A stretch of DNA of 64,000 nucleotides from positions 97,402,001 through 97,466,000 of the forward strand of contig OZ024744.1 in assembly GCA_964016885.1 (NCBI GenBank), in the 5' to 3' direction. Source of the DNA: Eledone cirrhosa. Lineage: Eukaryota. Below, piece after piece: positions 13,529-25,419 of the stretch. The notes below the pieces were generated by a model. That model ran no database searches and was not told where the DNA came from. It was given only the letters and a program-made list of their open reading frames with translations. The position numbers and the translations under genes were made by a program. The first letter of the stretch is position 1. The number at the start of each line of letters is the position of its first letter.

Positions 13529-14206
13529 GTTATTTTGAGTTTTTCTTTTCCTTTCTTTTTTTCTCCCTTTTTTTTTTTTTTTTTTCCCCTTCCCTTTTCT
13601 TTTTTTTTTTCCCTTCCTTTTTTTATGTTTTGATGCCGCTGTTGTTGTTGTTGTTGTAATTGTTGTAAATGTTCATTTCAGTTCATTTTGAAGCTGTTGT
13701 TGCTGTAAACATTAGTGCCGGTGTTGTTGTTGTTGTAGATGTTGGGGTTGAAATCTGGTTGTTTGACTGAGTGATGTATATACACACATATACATACACA
13801 CACATATGAGTGATGTATATACACACATATACATACACACACATATATATATATACATTCATCAGAGAGTAGAGGGTTTGACAACAGGTCGATGACTTTA
13901 GTCTCGATAGGGTATGGTATGGTAATGACATGTGATGGTGGGGAGAGAGTGTAGACGTTATTGTGGTGGTGTGGACAGTGAGATGTATCTAGTTCATTTG
14001 ACCGTTTTCTTCTCTTAGCAAAATTTGAATTCTAGCCATGTTATATTGAGATGTAAGTAAATGTAAAATATAAATAAGGATTGCTCTGCTAAAATATACT
14101 AAAATATTTGTGTAACTTCTACAAACTTCTGTCGTGACATTCCCGAGTCCAGTAACCAACAAATTGTTGTATTTTGATGTTTCAGAATACAAAAATTAAT
14201 TAAAAA
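8614..14206 (-). mobile_element. RTE-clade LINE copy A: intact ORF, microsatellite-rich 3' UTR, long composite 5' leader with 13269-14206 inverted
   Basis: Co-linear with 40135-45688 except for the inversion; bounded on both sides by (CATA)n. Confidence 0.9.
9085..12630 (-). CDS. RTE LINE polyprotein, 1181 aa: APE endonuclease + reverse transcriptase + three C2H2 zinc fingers
   Basis: WNVRTL, ALSETRL, YAPT, LGDFNARVG, LDYVLV, TDHRLV; QSGFR, VDLTKAFD, GVKQGD, LYADD; CSVC..HLRSH, CQTC..HAKVH, CRLC..HIRSQH. Confidence 0.95.
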   Translation of the reverse strand: MMFQNNVNEIIANLGSGTKEIIGNKGRGPKLSQLGPARHRAIVIEPNRAFSLGCWNVRTLLDGDSLERPERRTALVAKELRRYDLDIVALSETRLAGDGHLAEFCGEYTFFWKGRDEGTRREAGVGFAVKTVLVNKLEEFPVGISERLMSMRVPLDKGRYATLVSVYAPTMNSVDEEKLSFYHALKGVLRNIPQADKVIVLGDFNARVGRDFNTWNVIGRHGVGKCNSNGMLLLQMCEELDLCVTNTMFQQKNKFKTTWMHPASKEWHLLDYVLVRMRDRQDVQCVRVLRGAECWTDHRLVRAKVNLITKRKIRAPGVTLPKRLNAARLKDKNVKRTLEEEMQAADLGEDWPTLKKSVYDVGRRVLGLVQRKHQDWFNENDVHIEDLLADKRRALSRYLTAKPQERNTLHEELRDVKSRVRRSLSQMKDQWWSEKAGEIQTASDCNNTKLLYSLLREVYGPSSSLVTPIRSRDGKELLRDSQGILRRWREHFDDLLNQPSVVSEDFLNLIPESPVKVALAEPPTLVEVAVAISKLNSGRSPGMDGIHAELLQYGGERLLQHLHSLFGGIWANESVPEDWRDAVMVVLYKGKGNRNDCGNYRGISLLSVVGKVLCRVLLDRLLTHIADCVLPESQSGFRVGRGTTDMIFSARQLQEKCIEQGLDLYQVFVDLTKAFDTVNRDALWKILQKLGCPDKFLALVRSFHDDMKAWVNVGGNMSEPISVKNGVKQGDIPAPTLFAIYFAMVFCVAFRNCEHGVYIRYRTSGSIFNIRRFAAKTKVFTSVIRDLLYADDCDLVAHTESDMQHILNVFSDACTALGLTVSLKKTVVMYQPAPGRQYTEPNIYVYGKRLGVVDQFVYLGSTVNRYGNLDSEISLRIRKASDAFGKLERRLWGRRDICRRTKVRVYRACVLSCLLYACETWVTYRRHLRQLERFHQMCLRRIHGVRWRDHISDVEILESSMCDSIEALVLKQRLRWSGHLARMKDSRIPKQLFYGELVKGKRPPHKPKKRYKDSLKASLKDANISADTWENIAADRNKWRKTVYEGKVAFEASRIAHEKVKRDVRKGIAVALPDGEGPPMFLTCSVCARLCLSKAGLESHLRSHKVRPVVDYQAAVGDATHHACQTCGRECKSAGGLKRHAKVHELQPQPTIPSKCFGCRLCARHFRSLAGLKSHIRSQHC

Positions 14207-14651
14207 CATACATACATACATACATACATACATACATACATACATACATACATACATACATACATACATACATACATACATACACACACATATATACACA
14301 GACAAGCCGGCGTTGGTGTCAACCTCCTTAAACACTTAAATATAAATGCATGTATATATACAAATGTATAAATGCATAGCTATATACATAGGTAAATGTA
14401 TGTATGTATATATGTATGTAGATTTATATATATATACATATAGTTGTTATATAGTAAGGTGTATTGGTTGTGTCATACGGTCCAATACATTTTTGTTAGC
14501 CATATTAAGTTCTCCACGCTTTTGTATATCTCCAATTCCATTTATGGGAACGGCATTTATGTAAAACGGAGTATTTGTATCAAAATAAAGATCCGAAGGC
14601 ATGATATAAATTTCCAATCATTTTAATCACGACACATTTTAATCTGTTTAA

Positions 14652-14725
14652 TCACGACACATGTTTCAATAAGGGATAGATCGATCGTGTGGTCATGATC
14701 GATTATCACTGATCTCATCAGGTGA
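14652..14725 (-). ncRNA. Type I hammerhead ribozyme motif with GUC cleavage triplet
   Basis: Minus strand: TCAC-CTGATGA-[long stem II with ATCGATC/GATCGAT]-GAAAC atgt GTC-GTGA. Confidence 0.75.
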
Positions 14726-15692
14726 ATAATGAAATATCTTCAAATATTTGATATGAGGGAGGAAAAACTAACGATGTTCACTCACTAGAGTTTTGTTCCC
14801 CATATGAAGATTCAGCAGCCAAAACACGCCAACTGCTATCGTCTTCAGTCAGGGTCATAAATCTATCAAATCTCTATCTCTCAATAGCTGTAAAAGACGC
14901 TGGACAGGTCTAATCTCAGATTCAAATCTGTAGAATTTCGGACGGTCACAATTAGTGTTAGTGAGTACACACACACTCACACACACCGACGCGAGGTCAG
15001 AGAAAAAAATATATACACCAACACAGTATGCACCGACAGTTAGGTTACAAAACAACAAATGTTATATTGGTCAAATCTCAATCTTAACGATGTAAATTAG
15101 AAAAAATTGGGTCAACCACACGCAAGTAAATTCCGTTCAACGCTTTGCTACACGTGTATCGATTGAATTGTAACATCCGTATCGTCTAAATCAAAGGTTC
15201 TCAACGGGGGGCGTTTCGGGACTCCAGGGGGCGTTTGGGAGCAAGGTCGCGTTAGGGGAGGCGTTTGGAGCTTGAGGGGTGGAGGTGGGGTGGGGCTAGG
15301 GTGGGGGGTCGTTGGAAGGCTCTTTACTTTGGTAAGTTTATAAGCCATATTTGTATGTCTTTGAGACAGCCAGTGTGAATGCATTTGAATGAGCTTGCAG
15401 ACAGCATAACTATAGTCTGGCCGCAGCTGTGAGCAGGTGTGCAGGCGTGTCCAGTAATTGAGACATTAACCGGTAATTGAGATCCTAAAAATGGAAAAAC
15501 CCGCAGTCAACTGGGTCAAAGACACTTTGAGCGCAGCCAGTTAGAATCTCATCTTTCCTTCACCGATAACAATGTATTTCATGTCTGAAATTATTGATTC
15601 AACCGTAATGAGTTAACACTATGTAGATCTATTTTATTCCCTATTGTATAAATAATATTACAAATAAAAAAAAAGAAAAGAAAAACAGAAGC

Positions 15693-16087
15693 GGGTAGCA
15701 CACACATCTAGGACCACATACAACACATAAGCAGGTAATACACACATCTAGGACCACATGCAACACATAAGCAGGCAATACATACATCTAGAACTACATA
15801 CAACACACAGGCAGGTAATACATACATCTAGGACCACATACTCACATAAGCAGGTAATACAAACATCTACGACCACATACAACACAATCAGGTAATACAT
15901 ACATCTAGGACCACATACAACACATAAGGAGGTAATACACACATCTAGGACCACATACAACACACAAGCAGGTAATACATACAGCTGGGACCACATGCAA
16001 TACATAAGCCGGTAATACATACATCTAGGACTACATGCAACACACAGGCAGGTAATACATACATCTAGGACCACATACATCACACAT
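15693..16087 (+). repeat. ~39-40 bp minisatellite, ~10 copies, inside the hAT element
   Basis: Unit GCAGGTAATACATACATCTAGGACCACATACAACACATAA. Confidence 0.9.
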
Positions 16088-17117
16088 TGTTTCATGTGCT
16101 ACGGACGAGGCAGGGCCAACATAAGGGCTTCGTCACTCTTCTGAAGAGAGAAAATATATCTGTATTTGCTGTTCATTGTTTCATTCATCAACAACACTTG
16201 GCTGCGAGGAAATTCAGCAAGCCTCTGAGCAAGTCTTTGCAGGTGGCCATTGATGTCATAAATTTTATCAAACGGCATTCCCTCAATGAACGAATTTTCC
16301 GGCAACTGTGCCAAGATAATGACGAAGAATTCGTCAAGTTACTCCTTCATACTGAAGTGAGGTGGCTTTCAAAGGGCAAGTGCTTTACTCACTTCTTTGA
16401 ACTCTTCGACTCTATCATTAAGTTTCTGCGAGGACGCAACACAGAACTGTATAAAAATACCCTCGATGTGAGGCAAGACTGCGCCTACCTCACCGACATC
16501 TTCGACAAATGCAATAGAAGATCACCTTGCTTAAAGCAAGGAATGCTGTGAAAACATTCCTGGCCAAATTGAATGTCATCGAAAGGAATCTTTGTTGACG
16601 GGAATTCTATAATTTTCCTAGTGTCGCCAATGTTCAAAACATTGTAAGCGATGACCAACTCCAAATTTATACCACTCACCTCCGTGCGCTACAAGACAAC
16701 ATGAGAGAACGGTTTGTCGACCTTTTGCCGATGGACTTCCCAATGTGGATAGCAGATCCGTTCATAGCTAACGTCGACGATTTGGACCTTAAATTTCAGG
16801 AAGAATTCATTGAACTTCAAGCAGATGACATGATCAAAATTAGATTTCCCAAAATAGGTGAACCCATTTTGGGGATGCAAGAGGAAATTCAGCGTTGATT
16901 TCCACACCTACATGCAGAGGCTAAGAGATTTGCTCTGCCTTTTCCAAGCTCATACTTAGTCGAGAGGAGGTTTGGTGCTGTTTCCAGACTGCTCAGTAAG
17001 GCTCGCAACCGCTACAATGTAATTACACGTGGGGATCTCTGGCTACATCTTACGAAAAAAAATCAGCCTCACGTCAAAGAGTTAGCTAGACTCCATGAAG
17101 CTCAAGGGTCCAATTGA
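16087..17117 (+). pseudogene. Buster-type hAT transposase, C-terminal part, disrupted
   Basis: VHCFIHQQHLAA, LLLHTEVRWLSKG, MRERFVDL..WIADPF, downstream LPFPSSYLVE. Confidence 0.85.
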
Positions 17118-18599
17118 AATGAGTCAAAGTGAAAGTAAGTTGATTTATCCGAAAACTTGGATATGCTATTGTTACAAAGCAAACTAACAAATTTTTTTTA
17201 TTTGTAGTTGCAGTCTGACTGGACTGGAAACCATCTACTACAATTCAATTACTCATTTGTTGTATATATTTTACCATTTACTAATAAATATATCCTCCCG
17301 CGTGGTCATGAAAACCCTCTTCCGTGGTCCCTAAGCTCACAAAGCAGAGGGGACATCAAGTTAGATATCAACATTTATTTTGTCCGTTTCATTAAAGGGA
17401 AAATTGGAAAATTGGAAATTTGAAATGATATAATTGCCACTTTCTTCCAGATAAGAGCACTCTTTGGATAGACAGAGTTGCTCTTGTATAAATGTTCAAA
17501 ATAGTTGGTATCGCCTGGTGGGAATATAACAAATTCAACTGGTCCTTATTCATAAAAAAGAACATTTATGTTCCTTTTTTTTAAATTTATATATTTCCTT
17601 TCAAGGAATGTATTTATACTCTCAGCTGCCTGCAATGGTATCTTTGGAATATTGTTAATCAATTTTTTAATAATCTACTGATATCAAAATAAGTAGTATA
17701 TTGAAAAATGGAAAAATAGGGGGGGGGGCGTTTCGTGATTTCGAGGGACAAAAGGGGGCGTTTGGTCTAAATGGGTTGAGAACCTGTGGTCTGTGGTCTA
17801 AATAGTGTATGTTTTGGTATATACACATCCATGTGTAGAGCAAGTAGTCAGCTGGTATCGAACTCTATATGTGCCACTGTCCCCTTGAGAATCTGAGTCC
17901 CCGAGTCTGTGCGTGCAAGCACCCGCCATGTAGGCCAACAAGGGGCTCCATGTAGGGGTTGGGTATTTGAGTTAAGGTGTCAGTGTGTGCGTTTTACTGT
18001 CATATAGGCCATCGGGCATTTAAGATAAGTGTTTGAGTGGTGGAGGTGTGTTACCCAACACAAAATAAAATAACAAAACCCCGGGGATGTGTGTAAGCCC
18101 ATTGATGGCGTGTAAGTAGTATTGTCCATTCAGCAACAGTGAGCACTCCATGGTTAGAGGATCACAGATCAAACACCTAGTGTAGTATTCAATCGAGAAG
18201 ATCGTGACTGGTCATAACTGTGGGAACTCCGTGTCTAAAGAAACCGGGTACTGTGTGTAGAATTATGTATAAAGAGCGTAATCGTTCTTAACTGAGTGTG
18301 TAATACGTCTATTTACTAACTGAGAGAACTCTATGGTTAGGGTATTCTAAAGTAATGGTGAATGCGCGTAATCGGTCTTAACTGCGTGTGTAATTGTTCT
18401 AACTATTTACTAACTAGGTATTCTAAAGTAATGGTAAATGTGCACTCAGCTGTGAGAACTTTGTGGAAACATAACGAGTACAGTGTGTGAGTGCGCAAAC
18501 GATCTTAGCTGTCTACTAACTGAGTGTGTGATTGTCTATTTTTTGCTAATTGAGAGAACTCTATGGCTAAGGTAAAAAGGGTGGAGTTAGTGGTAGGAT

Positions 18600-20162
18600 A
18601 CTTTCTAAAAATCCTGAGGAAGGTTTTCGAGGTTCTATGCTGGCAGGTGTTGAAAAAGTCCGCTTTCTTATTGATTGGTAGGGGGCCGCCTCTAATTATA
18701 TTAAAGGTTTCAGCTATACATAAATTACAAACGCCCGTGCTGCCGTTATATAGCTTATCTGAGCAAACTATGGACCAGGATAAGGAGTGCTCTATATTCT
18801 GTTGTTTAAGCTTCCAGATTAATTCAGAAAGCGCCGTGCTATTTTTTAAAATCTACTTTATTAAAAGTATGGCGGTGATTATACCATCTATCCTTAAATC
18901 CAGTGGCAGTCGCCCCAATATACCTGAACGTTCTATCTAAAGTGGAGACCTTACAGTCGTAGACTATGTTCTTGGTGAGGCATTTCCCAGTCAAGGGGCA
19001 AGTAGCGGTGTTCCTGCAATTGCATTTTCTGCTACCGACCGGGGGTAGTTCCTGAGGAACCACGGTACCCCTGGTGTCGGGTCTCAGTTCTTGTCTGCTC
19101 TATGGGTAAGTTCCCAGGGGTTGGGGTAGTTCGACTCACCTCACGCGTATGAGTCCGTTCATGCATAGAATTGTCATTAGTTCTGCCATGCCTCATCCCG
19201 CCCTGGGCTGTCCTAAGTCTACTATAATTCATCTTAGCTACATTCTGAGCTATGTTACTGGTTGTGGAGTAGGACAGCTTGATGGTATTCCTATTGAATA
19301 TTTTATAGTATCTGTGTGATCTAGGGAAGCAATTGTCTAAGGCCCTAAACAAAAGCTTAGTTATACTAGTGGTCAGGCCGGTGGAGTATGGGCGGTTGTA
19401 CCACAGGATTTTTCTAGTCCGATGCCCCTTGTTCATATTATCTATACTAGTGTTACCTGCCTCCTTGGTTGCTACTGGTCTATTAGAACTGATAACTGCC
19501 TGTGGGTCGATGATGTCCCGGGGTATCCAGGTGGTGTTTGGAATCGTCCCAAGTCTCCGGGACGGAGTACCCTCCGTGCAGTTATTGGAATTACCCTCGA
19601 TAGCCGGGGTTATATCCACTATGCGCCTACTACATTTATCCTATTCCCCCCTACCCGACCTCCGTTCTATTTTACGTTCAACGGTTGTTTTATCAGTTCT
19701 AGAGTTAAGGTTATAATTAATGTTTCCGCTGGCTGTACGGTGCTCGGACACCGTGTTTGTACCTAGGTGGTTATTCTCATTGGTACCGTCGTCATTGGGA
19801 CTAGGAGGCAATACAACATGAAGTCTATATTGATCCTCCTTCGCCTCCCGCCTGCTGTTAACTAAAGTGACACTATTTTGGCCTAAGCTATCGCAGACAA
19901 TGTTGCTACTACTACCTAATGGACGATTGAATGAGATTCCCTCGCCATGCCCCGTGCGTTCCAGGGCGCTATTATAGTAATATGAGATCCTATCAAAGGT
20001 TTCTTCATTGGAAGATAGTCCTGAAATTCTACTAGAGGCGCCTTTGGTAATACCGTTAGTGACTATTCTAGGGTGGTTTGATTTTGCGTGGACATAATTT
20101 AAATTCTCGTTGGGTTTGTGGTAGGGTTGGAAGAGTCCTGAATTGAGGTTAAGTGTAACATC
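18600..20162 (-). pseudogene. Penelope-like RT thumb, linker and GIY-YIG endonuclease, frameshifted
   Basis: DVTLNL..PYHKPNE..YVHAKSNHP; KILWYN; FPRSHRYYKIFNRNTIKLSYS; CNCR..CPL.GKCL..NIVY..YIG...FKDRWYNH. Confidence 0.88.
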
Positions 20163-20190
20163 TATTTATTTTGATATATATATATATTAT

Positions 20191-20230
<40 letters not shown>

Positions 20231-20747
20231 TTTTTTTTTCAGTCTGGTCTATTTGGATAGAACTCAATGTAATCCTGTAAAATCCATAGAGAAGTTCTGT
20301 GTTTCGCTGAATTAATTCTTTAGATTCAGAGTCAGATATTAGGTATTAAATTAACAATAAAGATAAAAACAACAAAATAAAAACAAAGTTATAAAGTAAC
20401 TTGACTTTGTTCTTTTTATTTTCATTGTTAAAGAAAGCATTAATTTGATAACACACACACACATATATATATATATATCCGGGAGCTTCCAACTGACATG
20501 GTCGCATTCTTTAAGGGTACGTCAATATTTGTTTATAAAATTGATCTATATTATATTTTATCTGAAGAAAGCGCACCATAATTTGCTTTGGTGTCCTTGA
20601 AATATGTATAATGAAATAAATATAGTTTTATAAATATAGTTTCCATTTGTTAATATATCGTATTTTTACTCCAAAAAATTGTTGAGTGCTTTATATCAGT
20701 TATAAAAATATTTGCTTGTTGTATCCCAACAAATTAAATATAACTTC

Positions 20748-20965
<218 letters not shown>

Positions 20966-20969
20966 ATAT

Positions 20970-21034
<65 letters not shown>

Positions 21035-21146
21035 GGTGTGGGATACTTAAAGCGGTATGCCGTTTGAGCACTCGATGCTCTTACAGAGCAGAGTATAATA
21101 TCACATAAGAAACGGAGAATCAATGGTGCGACGACTAATATTTATT

Positions 21147-21244
21147 AGACATATTACAATCGTTTCTGTGGCGACCAGTTCGAGGCACGATCGAGCGCAT
21201 TGATCAAACCTGACTCTGAAATCACAAGATCCTCAGATATGTCT
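21147..21244 (-). ncRNA. Type I hammerhead ribozyme motif with GUA triplet and perfect 8-bp stem I
   Basis: Minus strand: AGACATAT-CTGAGGA-..TGTG..long insert..CACA-GAAAC gatt GTA-ATATGTCT. Confidence 0.7.
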
Positions 21245-22652
21245 CGATTCTACGGAGCAGAGTTTCTAAATGTCCAGTTACACCCGCTACCTTCGCTCGG
21301 CAGCTTAGATTGTGTTGTTTTGATTCTATGAGTGGTCAAGAATTGTACACGTCATCGGTATTTTTGGCCACTCACGGCCATCGTATATCTGATTCCTTTC
21401 AATTGCTACCTGTCAATCAAAGTTGTTTCTTATATTGGAATTACTACTGTAGGGGTTAAGGGGTTGTATGATTGAACCGGTCGCGTCTTGTCGCAGCCCT
21501 GCTGGCCTGTAGACTCCCACACCCATGTCCGTGTATCGCGCAGGCGTGTTAGGTATGGGCACTCATACACCCACACCCGCAACTGTCTCATATGCAACAC
21601 TCACAGTAAATATTAAATATTAAATGTGTAACCATTCTGAGTTCAAATCCTGCCGAGGTTAACTTTGCCTTTCATCCTTACGGGGTCGATAAAATAAAGT
21701 ACCAGTAATACACTGGGTAATTGCTGGCCTTGTGCCTAACGTAGAAACAATTAAATGTGTAACCAATACTTAGAAAGAAAAGGCATTTAAAAAAACATTA
21801 AAAAAAACATTTAAAAAAAACATAAAAAAACATTTTAAAACATTTAAAAAAAACATTTAAATAGGTGTTTCATAAAAACACACCCTCAGAATACCTTTAA
21901 AAATCCACATTTCAAAAAGAAACCCCTATAAAAAGAACGTCTTTAAAAGGATGCTTGGAAGAGCGCTTCAAAAAAGTTATTTCAAAGGTATTTTTGATAA
22001 GTATACGCACATCCACACACACACACACACACACACACTGTACTCAGTGAAATTGGGAATCTACACATAGATGTGCATACACCTCCACAGACATGTTCAT
22101 ACAATTAGATACACCCCGACATGCATACACATGCGTGTATGCATGCACACACATGCATACATATGCCCGCGTATGGGCAAGCACATGGGCATGCCCATAC
22201 GTCTCAGAAAAGAGCCTATACTTGATGAATACCCACACAGACACACAGAGACACACACATACGCAACTGTGCACATGGCGCAAACAATATTATATGAGAC
22301 AACGTTTTTGAGGCTTGGACTCAACCCATATTATGCCGAAAGTGCACACACAATATGCATAAATGCAGTATCTACGTATTAGCCATGTACTAGTCACATA
22401 TAACGTGTGGGGGGGGGGGGGGGCACATATATAAAATAAGGTACTGGAAAAAGGAATGTATACATGAAAAAGATGCAAAGTGGGTATCTGTTCACGCCAC
22501 CCGGACATTATTGGGATTTTCAAAAAGTTGCATAAAATACTTGAAGACTGTGATGCATAGGGTTATATATGATACAGGACTGACTATCCAAAGGACTGGG
22601 TTCGAGCCTGGATTTTGTCTATTATATTCCTTTGTTATATTTCGAATACCTG

Positions 22653-22710
22653 ATACCTGATGATGTCACCGGATTCATACGGAACCCGGTCATTGAAATG
22701 ATCATAGTAT
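22653..22710 (+). ncRNA. Type I hammerhead motif with palindromic stem III and AUA triplet
   Basis: ATAC-CTGATGA-tgtcACCGG..CCGGTcatt-GAAA TGATCA TA-GTAT; related copies at 35189-35246 (-) and 37060-37089. Confidence 0.7.
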
Positions 22711-22777
22711 AATAAACCTTTTAAGGAATTACACCAATCAAGCCTCCTGTTATTTTATAATATATACATATATATAT

Positions 22778-22829
<52 letters not shown>

Positions 22830-22830
<1 letters not shown>

Positions 22831-24365
22831 AGGGGCGAAGGGTCCGTGCATGCAACGCATGCAGTGCATGCATTATAGAATCTTGAGTTGATCAATTGCG
22901 TCGGTTGAAGCAAGCAGAATTTTGGCTGCTTACTAAAACGTATAGACACAAAAAGATAACATTCACACACACACACACACATACACACAAACACACGACA
23001 GCTTTGGGGTAAGCAGAATTTTGACTGCTTACTAAATCGTAGACACATAAAAAGATAACACACACAAGATCATACTACATGCGTCTTTGATCGGAAGGGT
23101 CATTTAGAAGGGCGTGCAAGCGTCAACGACACGAGGTCCAAACGGGAAGTGGTCAAACCGGCCACTTATTTCACCGTCGATTCTAGAATACACACGTGTC
23201 GCCTTAGCTGGGGAATTTTCCTGATTATATAGGTAAAGTTTAAATTTTCCTGATTGAATAGGTAAATTTTCCAGTCACTTATTCATTCCAATGCTTTAAA
23301 TTTTAATTTCAAATATATCAAATTATTTTTTTTTAAGTTACGAAAAAATTACATTTTCCACATTTTCATTCATCACGTGATGGCAAAAGGGTCAATTAGT
23401 TCAGTTTCTTCTCTACTTTCTCGATCTTTTGCATTAAGAAGCTTTGAAGAGAGAAAGAATATCATTCTTGGAAGAGAGAAACCTAAGCTTGAAATTAAGA
23501 CAAAGATGAAAGTGAGCGGCAGGGAATGTTATCGTTATTTTGATTCCAAATATTATGAACAATATGAGTGGATGGAGGGATGTCCCATTCTGAACAAATT
23601 GTTCTGTTTCCCATGTCTGTTGTTCTGTCACCATAGTAATACATGGACAACCACCGATTACTGCGATTTGAACAATTTGATTACAGCTTTGACAAGACAC
23701 AAAAAAATCTCAGAACCACTTGAGTTCCGTAATTGCTCTGAAAACCTTTGGTTGACATCGAATTGATACAGAGATCGATCACTGGAAAGCAGCTTCGATT
23801 CAGTTGCATAATAGAACTGATGAGAAAAATCGTGATGTATTGAAATTGTGTTGAAATTTTGGCCTGTCAAGAATTATCAATTCTAGAACACGATGAAACA
23901 GGAGACTCACACAATAAGAGTAATGTGAAGCAGTAACGGAATACGATGCTTGTTTAAGATCGCATTTAGATTTCGTGAAGAAAAATGCTAACTGTATATT
24001 TTCTGGACTTGCAAGTGATATTCAAAACGAGATCATTAATTGTATAGCTGCTACAATTAAATGTGAAATTAAAGCAATGATCGAAAAAATATCCTTTGTT
24101 GCTGTTATGTTTGATGAGACGACGGATTGTCGAATGAAATCTCAATTATCACGCGTTTTGCGATTTGTAGATGAGAAAGAACAGCCTCAAGAAAGGTTTT
24201 TGGGATATGTCGATGTTAGTAAAGGTAGAAGAGCTGCATCGCTGACAGAAGAAGTTCGAAAATTCGTTAATGAATTCAATTGTGGTAAAAAATTCATTGC
24301 ACAAACTTATGAAGGAGCGAATGTGATGGCTGGGCATTTGAAATACGAGCTGAAATCAGTTTATG
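22830..24365 (+). pseudogene. hAT (Tip100/Zaphod, ZMYM1-like) transposon left end and degraded transposase
   Basis: CAGGGGCG terminus; YEWM..LFCFPCLLF (TTF-type finger); DIQNEII, FDETTD, ERFLG, AQTYEGANVMAG. Confidence 0.8.
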
Positions 24366-24581
24366 CTGCAGATTTTGCAAATTTTTTATTTTTTTTTTTT
24401 TATTTATAAATTTCCGGTTGGTTGGTTGGTTGGTTGGTTCCACAACCGGACGGTTGTTCATATATTGTCAAAGTTCTTTCGTCACACATTCTGTGACCTC
24501 TTTAGTGACTGGGGATTCTTTTCTTTGTTTTGTGCCTCTCCTTTGTTCTGTCCTACGCCATCTTGCGTAGGACAGAACAAA

Positions 24582-24667
<86 letters not shown>

Positions 24668-25224
24668 CCCGGCAATAAAAACTGGAGACAAAATTCTTTC
24701 TGTACCAAAAACAAGGCACATACAGACACGCACACAAGTTTGTTTGTGTGTGTGTGTCTTAGTATGCGCGCGCGTGTATGTGTGTGTGTGTGTATCTATC
24801 TATGTAGATATATATAAGGGATACAGATATTGTGTGTTCACTGTCACCAAACATCTCAATTCATTCGTTGCAACTTAGTTTGTGATCAAGGCACTTTATT
24901 TTGCAAGGTACTATTTTCCCTTGAGCTTGTGATTCAAGAGAAAGGTAAGAAATTCTTCATATTTTACATCTTTTGTATTTTGACTTTACAGTTTGAATTG
25001 TAGAATTGTCTATCCACTCAAAATATTACAACAGCTAACAGTGAAATATAGAATTTAAAAAAAATAGCTTTTTCGACTGAGATCGAATCTTTGAAAACAT
25101 TCACGTCTTTTGTTTTTTAAATATATAATTTGAAATAGCTTGCTTTTGTTTTGGACTGAAACTTTTTTGTATTTAATTCGTACGAATATTTTTTAAAGAT
25201 TCTAACATAACTTGATTTGGCCCA

Positions 25225-25344
25225 GTAATCTACTGATATTAAAATCAGTAGTATATTGAAAAATGGAAAAATAGGATAGAGGGGCGTTTCGTGATTTTGG
25301 GGCGCAAAAAGGGGCACTTGGCCGAAATGGGTTGAGAACCTTTG
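25225..25344 (+). mobile_element. Right end of a second Buster-family hAT copy
   Basis: Matches 17670-17788; TIR GTTGAGAACCTTTG followed by CTCTAAAC. Confidence 0.75.
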
Positions 25345-25419
25345 CTCTAAACACTACTCGAACAAAATACAAAGACGGACCAATTCACTGAGTAGACTGG
25401 ACATGGACACTTGAGACGA

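Larger units (their letters stand above)
15192..17788 (+). mobile_element. hAT (Buster/Charlie-type) DNA transposon with degraded transposase
   Basis: TIRs CAAAGGTTCTCAAC / GTTGAGAACCTGTG; 8-bp TSD GTCTAAAT (15184-15191, 17796-17803) with central TA. Confidence 0.85.
14470..20162 (-). mobile_element. 5'-truncated Penelope-like element, interrupted by a hAT insertion
   Basis: Coding remnant at 18600-20162; hammerhead at 14652-14725 in the same orientation; the hAT TSD rejoins the two non-coding halves. Lower boundary approximate. Confidence 0.65.

Noticed and set aside
16087-16551. Domesticated ZBED/ZMYM-like host genes (also 23377-24409)
   Set aside because: Stops, frameshifts and transposon termini indicate decayed transposases
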